Shown: positions 37,362-45,677 of the stretch, one piece after another
Layout: every line of letters begins with the position of its first letter
Position numbering within the stretch: position 1 is the first letter of the stretch
Assembly: GCA_905210485.1 (NCBI GenBank)
Contig: CAJLXA010000005.1
Coordinates: 1 to 61,526 of the forward strand
Origin: an uncultured Eubacteriales bacterium
GTDB taxonomy: Bacteria; Bacillota; Clostridia; Oscillospirales; CAG-272
Length of the DNA stretch: 61,526 nucleotides
Direction of reading: 5' to 3'
Position numbers and translations under genes: made by a program
Notes under the pieces: generated by a model
What the model saw: the letters and a program-made list of their open reading frames with translations, nothing else
The model's database searches: none
What the model was told of the DNA's origin: nothing

Positions 37362-39002
37362 GTGGAAATTAAACTGATTCATTCTCTTGAAAAAATATTG
37401 CGTAATCATGAGCCGATGCTGACAGAAGAAAACGGAATAATGCTGGCAAATGAAGTCTATCATTTTCAGATAGCGATTCTTCTTGACGGGTCTTCCACTC
37501 TTCACGGCTGCCGTGTGGTGATGGAGGGCGCTCTTACGCCCTTCATCACATTACGGGATGAAGGATATGTTTCCTGTGCAACCGCGTCCGAGTTCCGTGA
37601 TGACGGATATATCAACGACGGCTATGGGGTTTTCCCTGACATTTTACGTCCTTTCGGTAATTTAGGACTTGTTTTACGCTCACGCGAATGGCATGCCGTT
37701 TGGGTAACGGTCGGAGCAGGAAAACCCATACCACCCGGAAAGTACGAAACAACTTTTCATATTCTAAAAAAGGACGGTACGCTTCTCGGCAGCGTCAGAC
37801 ATAAACTGAAGGTGCTACGTATACGGTTGCCGGAAACGGATCTCAGGATTACCGACTGGATACATTATGATTGCATTGCCGCACGTCATGATGTGCGCGT
37901 GTTCAGTCGCCCGTTTTATCGCATTTTTCGGCAATATCTTCGCTCTTATATATGTGAAGGCAACACCATGCTGTATGTTCCGCTTTTCACACCGCCGTTG
38001 GATACCGAGGTGGGGACCGAACGCATGACCGTGCAACTTGTTGATGTTTATGAGGAAGATGGCGGCTATCGCTTCGGATTTGATAAACTGCGCAGATTTA
38101 TAAGGTTCGCTTTAAAAGAAGGCGTGCGATATTTTGAATTTTCGCATCTTATCACACAATGGGGCGGAAAAGCTTGTCCGAAAATTGAAATACACACCGC
38201 AAACGGTGTAAAAAACATGTTTGGTTGGGATGTACCGTCGGACGATCTTCGATATTTTCGTTTCCTCGACGCTTTTCTTCCGGCGCTTGTTCGGGAAATA
38301 CAGGAACTCGGCATTGCCGACGTGTCTTATTTTCATCTGACCGACGAACCGACCGAGAAAAGTGTGGACATATACAAGAAGTGTCGAGAATTGCTCAAGC
38401 TTCACATCGGCGATCTGCCGATTATGGACGCGCTCGGCGTATATACCTTTTATGAAGAAGGACTTGTCGATACACCCGTACCAAGTATCGATGTATTCCC
38501 GCGTTTCAGAGACAATAAGGTGTCGGAAATGTTGGTATATAACTGCCTCGGACAGGCGGGACATAACCTGACCAATCGGTTTATTGCCATGCCGTCTTAT
38601 CGCACGCGCATACTCGGTATGATGCTGTACCGGGCGGAGGTAGCGGGTTATCTTCACTGGGGATATAATTTTTATAACTCGGCGCTGTCGCTTGAAAAGA
38701 ATCTTGATCCTTATGCGGTTAACGATGCCGGCGGAGCATTTCCACCCGGCGATGCATTTATCGTATATCCCACGGCGGACGGCGTGCTGTCGTCTCTGCG
38801 ATATGAAACGGTACGGGACGGATATCAGGATTATCGCGCACTGATGCTTCTTGCGTCTGCTGTCGGAAAACCGCGAGTGTTCAGCATGTTGGACGATTTC
38901 GGCGTGCGTAATTTCAACGAATATCCGGACGCCCCCGCTTGTTTTATTAAATTCCGTGAAACAATTTATCATGAAATAGAAAGCGTATATTCCAAAAAAT
39001 AA
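37362..39002 (+). CDS. DUF4091-domain protein (GH123-like glycoside hydrolase candidate)
   Basis: 546 aa. GTG start 12 nt after the giant gene's stop, with RBS AAGGAAG. The C-terminal blocks GYLHWGYNFYNS, PPGDAFIVYP and SLRYETVRDGYQDYRAL match my memory of the DUF4091 signature. Confidence 0.65.
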   Translation: MEIKLIHSLEKILRNHEPMLTEENGIMLANEVYHFQIAILLDGSSTLHGCRVVMEGALTPFITLRDEGYVSCATASEFRDDGYINDGYGVFPDILRPFGNLGLVLRSREWHAVWVTVGAGKPIPPGKYETTFHILKKDGTLLGSVRHKLKVLRIRLPETDLRITDWIHYDCIAARHDVRVFSRPFYRIFRQYLRSYICEGNTMLYVPLFTPPLDTEVGTERMTVQLVDVYEEDGGYRFGFDKLRRFIRFALKEGVRYFEFSHLITQWGGKACPKIEIHTANGVKNMFGWDVPSDDLRYFRFLDAFLPALVREIQELGIADVSYFHLTDEPTEKSVDIYKKCRELLKLHIGDLPIMDALGVYTFYEEGLVDTPVPSIDVFPRFRDNKVSEMLVYNCLGQAGHNLTNRFIAMPSYRTRILGMMLYRAEVAGYLHWGYNFYNSALSLEKNLDPYAVNDAGGAFPPGDAFIVYPTADGVLSSLRYETVRDGYQDYRALMLLASAVGKPRVFSMLDDFGVRNFNEYPDAPACFIKFRETIYHEIESVYSKK

Positions 39003-39103
39003 TTCCATTTATGAATCTTTGCGATTCCAGTAATGTAAATCGTGATTGACATTATATGCGATAATTCACTGAGATGTGGAACTGTTTCAGATAAGAATAA
39101 TGA

Positions 39104-39141
39104 AAACCGCCGTCCAAACCCATGGGTTCAGACGGCGGTTT
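39104..39141 (+). terminator. terminator-like hairpin after the DUF4091 gene
   Basis: 11-bp stem aaaccgccgtc / gacggcggttt enclosing the palindrome aacccatgggtt. Only a weak T-run follows (TTTGTT). Confidence 0.55.
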
Positions 39142-39554
39142 GTTAAAGAAGAAAACTTATCAGCAAACAGACGTTTGCAACATCGGATATTGCCTTTGTT
39201 CGGTTACGACAGGTTGGTTATACATAATTTCTCTGCCTCTTTCAAAGTTTCGGCGCCTTCAAAGCAAAATCGCCGTAACGCCTTATATCTTCGATAGATA
39301 TCCCGCAACCTTTCGGGCGCTTTATGTCTATAAGTCAATTGTCGGATTCTTCATCGACCACGCGACGATTTTTGCCGTCCTTTTACGCGTAAAAGGTTCA
39401 GGTCGGTATAGCAGTGAATCGTGCGCCCGCTCATTTATAGGATTTTGATTTTCTGCAATCCGGATACCAATCGCCTTGCGGTGATTAAAAGAAAGAATAC
39501 AGAATGACATGCTTGCCAATTTAGGAAAAAATTGAAAAATGAGAAAAAATGCCC

Positions 39555-39600
39555 AAAACGAAGAAAAACTCGCTTGAACCTCAAAAGTTCAAACGAGTTT
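39555..39600 (-). terminator. intrinsic terminator of tRNA-Ser
   Basis: Stem aaactcgcttgaac / gttcaaacgagttt with one mismatch. Followed on the minus strand by TTTTTCTTCGTTTT. Confidence 0.75.
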
Positions 39601-39604
39601 CACT

Positions 39605-39695
39605 TGGCGGAGAGACAGGGATTTGAACCCTGGAACCGGTATTGCCGGTTACACGATTTCCAGTCGTGCGCCTTAGACCACTCGGCCATCTCTCC
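39605..39695 (-). tRNA. tRNA-Ser (anticodon GGA), CCA encoded
   Basis: The minus strand reads GGAGAGATGGCCGAGTGGTCTAAGGCGCACGACTGGAAATCGTGTAACCGGCAATACCGGTTCCAGGGTTCAAATCCCTGTCTCTCCGCCA. It has a 7-bp acceptor stem, anticodon loop CU-GGA-AA, a long variable arm, and a GGTTCAAATCC T-loop. Confidence 0.95.
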
Positions 39696-39708
39696 GTGTG
39701 ACTTTTAA

Positions 39709-39737
39709 AGTATAGCACAACTTCTTTGAAAAATCAA
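39709..39737 (-). promoter_or_regulatory. sigma-A promoter for tRNA-Ser
   Basis: The minus strand reads TTGATT (39737-32), a 17-nt spacer, then TATACT (39714-09), 13 nt before the tRNA 5' end. Confidence 0.7.
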
Positions 39738-39953
39738 GGGTTTTTTGAAAAAAGCGGAATTTTTTTCTGCAATGCCACATTTTTCAGGAATTTTTTCGGT
39801 ATTTCCTATCCGGAAGGGAAGCAAATTGAAAACCCGATGCAATTGAAGCCGGCGGTTTTGGCCGGTATCTGTGCTGAAAATTTACATGATGATTTACAAC
39901 AATTGCACAAGCGCAAAAAGTGAAAAAACTGTGACATATCTGTGCATTCATTA

Positions 39954-39982
39954 TTGACAAAATCAGGGGGAACTGCTATAAT
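39954..39982 (+). promoter_or_regulatory. exact consensus sigma-A promoter for the 980-aa gene
   Basis: TTGACA (39954-59), 17-nt spacer, TATAAT (39977-82). Confidence 0.8.
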
Positions 39983-40053
39983 ATATATGTATATGTAAAT
40001 GTAGTTTTTCTACAAACGGGTGAAAATTCCGTAATACAACAGGAGAAAATCTT

Positions 40054-42996
40054 ATGAAAATCTTTGACATAGCATTTTTGGGATTCGCCGGATTTTTATT
40101 TCTGTGCGCACTTCTGAAAATGCGTCGGGGCGGCATCCGTGCCTTTGTCCGGTTGGCGCTCGTGGCACTTTGCGCGCTTTGCGCTTTTTTCTTTGCGCAG
40201 AGTATTACAGACGCCGTGATGGCAACCGATCTTACATCGTATAATCTGACGTTGAACGGCGAAGCGGTGACCGGGACCGTGAAAGAGTATCTCATTCAGG
40301 TCATCATGGAATCCGATTCGGAGGGAACTCTGCGGGATCTGCAGACCGCAAGTCCGACGGCCGTCGAACTGATCACTTCCATGGTGGCCATGGTTGTGAC
40401 CGAAATCCTGTTTGTCATTATGTTTATCGTGCTGAAGATTCTGACCCTGATCGTGTACGCGATCATCAAAATCTTCATTCCGAAGCGTGACGAGAACGGT
40501 AAGCGCCTGAAGAGAAGCAAACTCGCAGGCTTTGCTTTCAGTCTGGCGCAGGCCGCGGTGGTCATCTTTGTTTTCCTTGTACCGGTTATGGGCGTTTATA
40601 ACCTGATGACGGAAGTCGTCAACGTTATGGACAATGCGGCCGAAGCGGGGGACAACGGCGATAATGCGGAAACGCTCCGCAAGACGTCCGACGGAGATAT
40701 ACGCAAACTGTCCGCGTCGGCGTCGGATGATTATATCACATACGCCGATTCGTCATCTTCTTCGGATATGAGCACGGAGGAGATCAAAAACGTACTGGCC
40801 GAGATTTCCGGCGGTTACGTGTTCCCGGTTCTTCAGGGAATCAAGGTGAAAGACGCCGCCGTCACCACGTTCAACAGAATGTATCGTATGAAGATGCCCG
40901 ACGGTAAGACTGCCTATCTTATGGAAGAAACGGTCAATCTGCTTCCTATTGCCACAAAGGCCATGGAACTTTCCGACGGCGTCAATGCAAAAACGTTGCA
41001 GGCGGTTCTGGACGGCGTGAAAAAATCGCCGCTTATGACCAATATTATGGCAGAGATCATCAGCGCCGGTTCTTCCAAATGGGCAAACGGCGAAAAATTC
41101 ATGGGAATCGATCCTTTTGAATCCGATGATATGGATCCTTATATGCAGGATCTGCTCCGCGCAGTTTTCAGAAGTTTCAGCAATGTGGATTCCGACGGCG
41201 TGATTACCGACCTTACGGTACTGGTGAATGTGTTCGGCACTCTTGATCGCTACGAAGTGCTTGACGCCTTCGGCAACACCGAAGAAGGCGAAGACTCCAT
41301 GCAGAAGATCATGGAAATGCTCGGTAAAGAGATTGCTGACGAAAAGTATAACGGCGCGAAAACCACCTTTATCGAAGCAGTGTTTGACGATCTGTCGGGT
41401 AGCCCCCGCCTGAAAACGGTAATTCCGAGCATCATCAATATGGGTCTGCGTTCCGCATCTTCCGGCCTTGGCATCGAGGAAAGCAATACGGCGCTGTACG
41501 ACCGTATGATGGCAGATATTATAAATGAACTCACGGAATTGTCTTTTAATAAAAATAATGTAGAAAATGACAGATCCGCACTCGCCGCCGACCCGGATTA
41601 TGTAACCGGCGACGACTATAATGCTTATAAACAGGCAGTGGCTAAAGTGGTGGATATCATGAAGAACGCCGGTCTGCCTCAGGCAAATACCAGCGAAGGG
41701 GAGGCCATTGCTTCCGCTATCGTTCTGCATTATGTGAATACGGAAACGCCGACAGCCGACAGCCTTGCGGCATATATCGGCTCTCTCGGTCGCACGTCCG
41801 ACGCGGCCGCTATGATGGCGGATCGCTCGGCATTCGACTCCGAATACATCACCTTTGAAGAAATCAAGGTGAGCGGCGACTCTTTGCAAGACAGCGATTA
41901 TAAGAAACTCGGCCGCGCGCTTTCTTCGCTTCTCGGTGTGTTTACCGATCTCAGTACGGACGGTTCCGAAGCCGACATTATGAGTTCTCTGGATTATGCG
42001 AAACTCGGCGAAGCGCTTGACTTGCTCGTCGCGGTTCCCGCAACAAGCAATCTTTCGTTCGGTCTTTTGGATTTCGTAACCGATAAAGCGGGCTTCAACT
42101 CCATTGACAAGGTTCGTGAAGCGGTCGCTACGTTGCAGGCCGACATCAAAGCGGGCAGAACCTCCTTTACCGAATTCTTTAAAGCCGTTGACGCAACGGT
42201 ACAGCTTGCCAATCAGCTGACGTCGGTGGATAAACTTGACGATATGGACGCCGACAAATGGACGGAAACGCTGAAAGCTCTGGCCGAAGCCGGAAAGAAT
42301 GAAAACACGATGGATATTCTCAAGAACTCCATCAACGGTATTATTCCCGAAAGCGAATCGAAACAGTCCGAAGTACTGACCAACCTGCTGACCACCGTTA
42401 CCGATACCCTGCGCGAACGTGAACAGGCGGCCGCGGAAAAAGGTGAAACGATCAGCGAAGAAACGCTGAAAAAAGACGGCGAAGCGATGAAGGATCTGGT
42501 GACCGGCATCGGCAAGAGCAACTCGCTGAGCGAAGTCATCAACACGGTATGCGACGCCGCAAACAGCGAATCCGAAGTGGTGCAGAAAACGGTTTATACG
42601 ATGGCAAAAGACTTCAGTGAAAAGACGTCTGACAACGAAGACTATCTGTCCATCGGCCTCAAGAAAGAAGATCTCACCAAGACCGAGAGCGGCGAGGAAA
42701 ACGACGGCAGCAAATTCATGGGTGCCGTTGTGGATACCCTCGGCAACCTGCAGGAAGAAACTTTCGCCGAAGACACGAAGACAATGCAGAATATTTTCAA
42801 CGAATTTGAAAAGGCTGATGTCGACGTATCCGGTGAAAATCCGGCCGACAACGTGAATGCCGCGCTGGCAGAAAACGCAGAACTGAAAGCCGCCATTGAA
42901 AAAGAACTGACGGATAACACTTCCGCATCGCTCGACGCGCTCCGCGAGGCGCTCGGCCTGCCGACCATCGGTTCGTCCGAAGAAGCGGCAAACTGA
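40054..42996 (+). CDS. hypothetical 980-aa membrane-anchored acidic protein with CvpA-like N-terminal 4-TM domain
   Basis: RBS AGGAGA. The N-terminus MKIFDIAFLGFAGFLFLCALLKMRRGGIRAFVRLALVAL resembles the CvpA (colicin V production) family. Four TM helices lie in the first ~190 aa, followed by ~790 aa of D/E-rich, mostly helical-looking sequence with no motif I recognise. Confidence 0.8.
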   Translation: MKIFDIAFLGFAGFLFLCALLKMRRGGIRAFVRLALVALCALCAFFFAQSITDAVMATDLTSYNLTLNGEAVTGTVKEYLIQVIMESDSEGTLRDLQTASPTAVELITSMVAMVVTEILFVIMFIVLKILTLIVYAIIKIFIPKRDENGKRLKRSKLAGFAFSLAQAAVVIFVFLVPVMGVYNLMTEVVNVMDNAAEAGDNGDNAETLRKTSDGDIRKLSASASDDYITYADSSSSSDMSTEEIKNVLAEISGGYVFPVLQGIKVKDAAVTTFNRMYRMKMPDGKTAYLMEETVNLLPIATKAMELSDGVNAKTLQAVLDGVKKSPLMTNIMAEIISAGSSKWANGEKFMGIDPFESDDMDPYMQDLLRAVFRSFSNVDSDGVITDLTVLVNVFGTLDRYEVLDAFGNTEEGEDSMQKIMEMLGKEIADEKYNGAKTTFIEAVFDDLSGSPRLKTVIPSIINMGLRSASSGLGIEESNTALYDRMMADIINELTELSFNKNNVENDRSALAADPDYVTGDDYNAYKQAVAKVVDIMKNAGLPQANTSEGEAIASAIVLHYVNTETPTADSLAAYIGSLGRTSDAAAMMADRSAFDSEYITFEEIKVSGDSLQDSDYKKLGRALSSLLGVFTDLSTDGSEADIMSSLDYAKLGEALDLLVAVPATSNLSFGLLDFVTDKAGFNSIDKVREAVATLQADIKAGRTSFTEFFKAVDATVQLANQLTSVDKLDDMDADKWTETLKALAEAGKNENTMDILKNSINGIIPESESKQSEVLTNLLTTVTDTLREREQAAAEKGETISEETLKKDGEAMKDLVTGIGKSNSLSEVINTVCDAANSESEVVQKTVYTMAKDFSEKTSDNEDYLSIGLKKEDLTKTESGEENDGSKFMGAVVDTLGNLQEETFAEDTKTMQNIFNEFEKADVDVSGENPADNVNAALAENAELKAAIEKELTDNTSASLDALREALGLPTIGSSEEAAN

Positions 42997-43032
42997 TTCC
43001 TGTCTTCCCGGAAATTTTGAAATGATGTACAC

Positions 43033-43078
43033 GAAAGGGGCAGTCTGAAACCAGAGCTTTCAGAGCCCCTTTCTTTTC
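43033..43078 (+). terminator. intrinsic terminator of the 980-aa gene
   Basis: Stem gaaaggggc / gcccctttc with inner stem tctgaaa / tttcaga, followed by TTTT. Confidence 0.8.
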
Positions 43079-43148
43079 CGCGTATTTTCCCGCACTCAGT
43101 TTTTTGACGACAAAATACGAAAAAACACAAGAAATTTCACAAAAACTA

Positions 43149-43177
43149 TAGACAATTTGAAAATAATGTTGTATAAT
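43149..43177 (+). promoter_or_regulatory. sigma-A promoter for the hydrogenase operon
   Basis: TAGACA (43149-54), 17-nt spacer, TATAAT (43172-77). Confidence 0.6.
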
Positions 43178-43276
43178 ATTGCATTGTGCATACTTTATTT
43201 ATTCTGTTATAAGCGCATGCTTTATCCGAAAGTTATGTATAACTAACGGATATAAAAACAAGGAGGATATGTTTTC

Positions 43277-43768
43277 ATGAAAAAGAAGTTGACCACGGTC
43301 ACATTCTCTGACACACCCGAGCAGGCAAAGCGTCTTGACGATCTTCTGCAGGGACTGAAAGGGGAAAAAGGTGCGGTCATGCGTGCATTGCAGGGGGCAC
43401 AGGAAATCTACGGATACCTGCCTGCCGAAGTGCAGAAGAAGATCGCTCTCGGACTTGACGTTTCTCCGGCGGAAGTCTTCGGCGTTGCGTCTTTCTATTC
43501 GCAGTTCGTTCTGAACCCGAAAGGACAGGTGGCCATTGCCGTTTGTCTCGGTACCGCTTGCTATGTCAAAGGTTCCGGTGACATTATCAATAAGGTCAGC
43601 GAGATCATCGGTATTCCCGCAGGTTCTACCTCGCCCGACGGAAAATACAGCCTTGACGCAACCCGTTGCATCGGTGCGTGCGGCCTTGCTCCCGTTCTGA
43701 CGATCAACGACGAAGTGTTCGGCAGACTTAAGGTCGGCGATATTCCCGATCTTCTTGCGAAGTATTGA
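43277..43768 (+). CDS. hydC: NuoE-like [2Fe-2S] subunit of electron-bifurcating [FeFe] hydrogenase
   Basis: 163 aa. Thioredoxin-like 2Fe-2S pattern CLGTACYVKG...CIGACGLAP. Confidence 0.9.
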   Translation: MKKKLTTVTFSDTPEQAKRLDDLLQGLKGEKGAVMRALQGAQEIYGYLPAEVQKKIALGLDVSPAEVFGVASFYSQFVLNPKGQVAIAVCLGTACYVKGSGDIINKVSEIIGIPAGSTSPDGKYSLDATRCIGACGLAPVLTINDEVFGRLKVGDIPDLLAKY

Positions 43769-43788
43769 TATAAGGAGAAAGTGACAAG

Positions 43789-45660
43789 ATGAATAAAACA
43801 TATGAAGAACTCTGCGCCATCCGCGATAAAAAAGCCGCCGACCTTGCTGTCCGTACCGGCGGAAAGTGCGACGCGGGTGTAAAGCATGTCCTTATCTGCG
43901 GCGGTACCGGCTGTACCTCCTCCGGCTCTCCGAAGATCATGGAAAGACTTGAAGAAGAAATCAAGGCCGCCGGAATCGAAGACCGCGTGAAAGTGGTTCA
44001 GACCGGTTGTTTCGGCCTCTGCGCCCTCGGCCCGATCATGATCGTTTATCCCGAAGGCACCTTCTATTCCAGAACCACTGTGGATCATATCCCCGAAATC
44101 GTGCAGGAACATCTGATCGGCGGTAACCCCGTGAAGAAATATCTCTATGCGGAAACCGTTTCCGGCGACGAGATCCTTTCCCTGAACGAAACCCGTTTCT
44201 ATAAAAAACAGCATCGCGTTGCTCTCCGTAACTGCGGTGTTATCAATCCCGAATGTATCGACGAATATATCGGTACCGACGGCTATCAGGCATTACATAA
44301 AGTTCTGACGGAGATGACGCCCGAAGCCGTCATCAACACGATGCTGGACTCCGGTCTCCGCGGACGCGGCGGCGGCGGTTTCCCGACCGGCAGAAAATGG
44401 CTCTTCGCGAAAAACAGCGTTTCCGATAAAAAATATGTGGTTTGCAATGCGGACGAGGGCGACCCCGGCGCATTCATGGACCGTTCGGTTCTGGAAGGCG
44501 ACCCGCATACGGTACTGGAAGCTATGGCAATCGCCGGCTTCGCTATCGGCGCCGACGAAGGTTATATCTATGTTCGCGCCGAATATCCGATCGCCGTTCA
44601 CCGTCTTCAGGTGGCTATTAAGCAAGCGCACGAATACGGCCTGCTCGGCAAGGATATTTTCGGTACAGGCTTCAATTTCGACATTCAGCTCCGTCTCGGC
44701 GCAGGCGCTTTTGTGTGCGGCGAAGAGACCGCGCTCCTGACTTCCATCGAGGGCAACCGCGGCGAACCCCGTCCCCGTCCTCCGTTCCCGGCGGTCAAAG
44801 GTCTTTTCGGCCAGCCGACCATCATCAATAACGTGGAAACCTACGCCAACGTATGCCAGATTATTCTGCGAGGCGCCGATTGGTTCGCGGGAATGGGTAC
44901 GGAAAAATCCAAGGGTACCAAGGTCTTTGCGCTCGGCGGCAAGATTGAAAATACCGGCCTTGTCGAAATCCCGATGGGCACAACGCTCCGCGAGATTGTT
45001 GAAGAAATCGGCGGCGGCGTTCCGCACGGTAAGAAGTTCAAGGCGGCTCAGACGGGCGGCCCGTCCGGCGGTTGTATCCCCGCCAGCCTTATCGACACGC
45101 CGATTGACTATGACAACCTGATCGCTATCGGTTCCATGATGGGTTCCGGCGGTCTTATCGTTATGGACGAAGACAACTGCATGGTCGATATCGCGAAATT
45201 CTTCCTTGAATTCACGGTAGACGAATCCTGCGGCAAATGTACTCCTTGCCGCGTCGGTACGGTACGCCTTCTTGAAATTCTCAATAAGATCACAAACGGC
45301 AACGGTACTCTGGAAGACCTCGATCGCCTTGAAGAACTGAGCATGTACATCAAGAGCGCCTCTCTCTGCGGTCTCGGTCAGACGGCTCCGAACCCCGTTC
45401 TTTCCACGCTCCGTTATTTCCGCGACGAATACGTTGCTCACGTTGTCGACAAGAAATGCCCCGCCGGCGTCTGCAAACGTCTTATGCACTATGAGATCGA
45501 CCCCGAAAAGTGCAAAGGCTGTACCGCCTGCGCCCGTGTATGCCCGGTAGGCGCGATTTCCGGCACGGTCAAGAATCCTCATACGATCGACGTATCGAAG
45601 TGTATCAAATGCGGCGCTTGTATTTCCAAGTGCAAGTTCGGCGCGATCACGAAGCAGTAA
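43789..45660 (+). CDS. hydB: NuoF-like FMN/NAD(H)-binding Fe-S subunit of [FeFe] hydrogenase
   Basis: 623 aa. N-terminal 2Fe-2S domain (CGGTGCTSSG), GLRGRGGGGFPTGRKW FMN site, SCGKCTPCR N3 cluster, and two C-terminal CxxCxxCxxxCP ferredoxin motifs. Confidence 0.92.
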   Translation: MNKTYEELCAIRDKKAADLAVRTGGKCDAGVKHVLICGGTGCTSSGSPKIMERLEEEIKAAGIEDRVKVVQTGCFGLCALGPIMIVYPEGTFYSRTTVDHIPEIVQEHLIGGNPVKKYLYAETVSGDEILSLNETRFYKKQHRVALRNCGVINPECIDEYIGTDGYQALHKVLTEMTPEAVINTMLDSGLRGRGGGGFPTGRKWLFAKNSVSDKKYVVCNADEGDPGAFMDRSVLEGDPHTVLEAMAIAGFAIGADEGYIYVRAEYPIAVHRLQVAIKQAHEYGLLGKDIFGTGFNFDIQLRLGAGAFVCGEETALLTSIEGNRGEPRPRPPFPAVKGLFGQPTIINNVETYANVCQIILRGADWFAGMGTEKSKGTKVFALGGKIENTGLVEIPMGTTLREIVEEIGGGVPHGKKFKAAQTGGPSGGCIPASLIDTPIDYDNLIAIGSMMGSGGLIVMDEDNCMVDIAKFFLEFTVDESCGKCTPCRVGTVRLLEILNKITNGNGTLEDLDRLEELSMYIKSASLCGLGQTAPNPVLSTLRYFRDEYVAHVVDKKCPAGVCKRLMHYEIDPEKCKGCTACARVCPVGAISGTVKNPHTIDVSKCIKCGACISKCKFGAITKQ

Positions 45661-45677
45661 GAAGGGAGCCGTAAAAA

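Noticed and set aside
39142-39540. Small ORFs (39122-39448 plus, 39328-39519 minus) between the DUF4091 terminator and tRNA-Ser; considered as integrase or toxin remnants.
   Set aside because: There is no RBS and no recognisable motif. The minus-strand reading continues only through stops and frame changes. I cannot support a pseudogene call without a database search, so it is mentioned only within the island hypothesis.
40753-43032. 759-aa ORF on the minus strand, antisense to the 980-aa gene.
   Set aside because: This is a shadow ORF. The translation is rich in F/R/C/H with no motifs, and there is no RBS or promoter. The plus-strand gene has a promoter, RBS, TM helices and a terminator. 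D/E-rich sense codons (GAN) give stop-free antisense frames.
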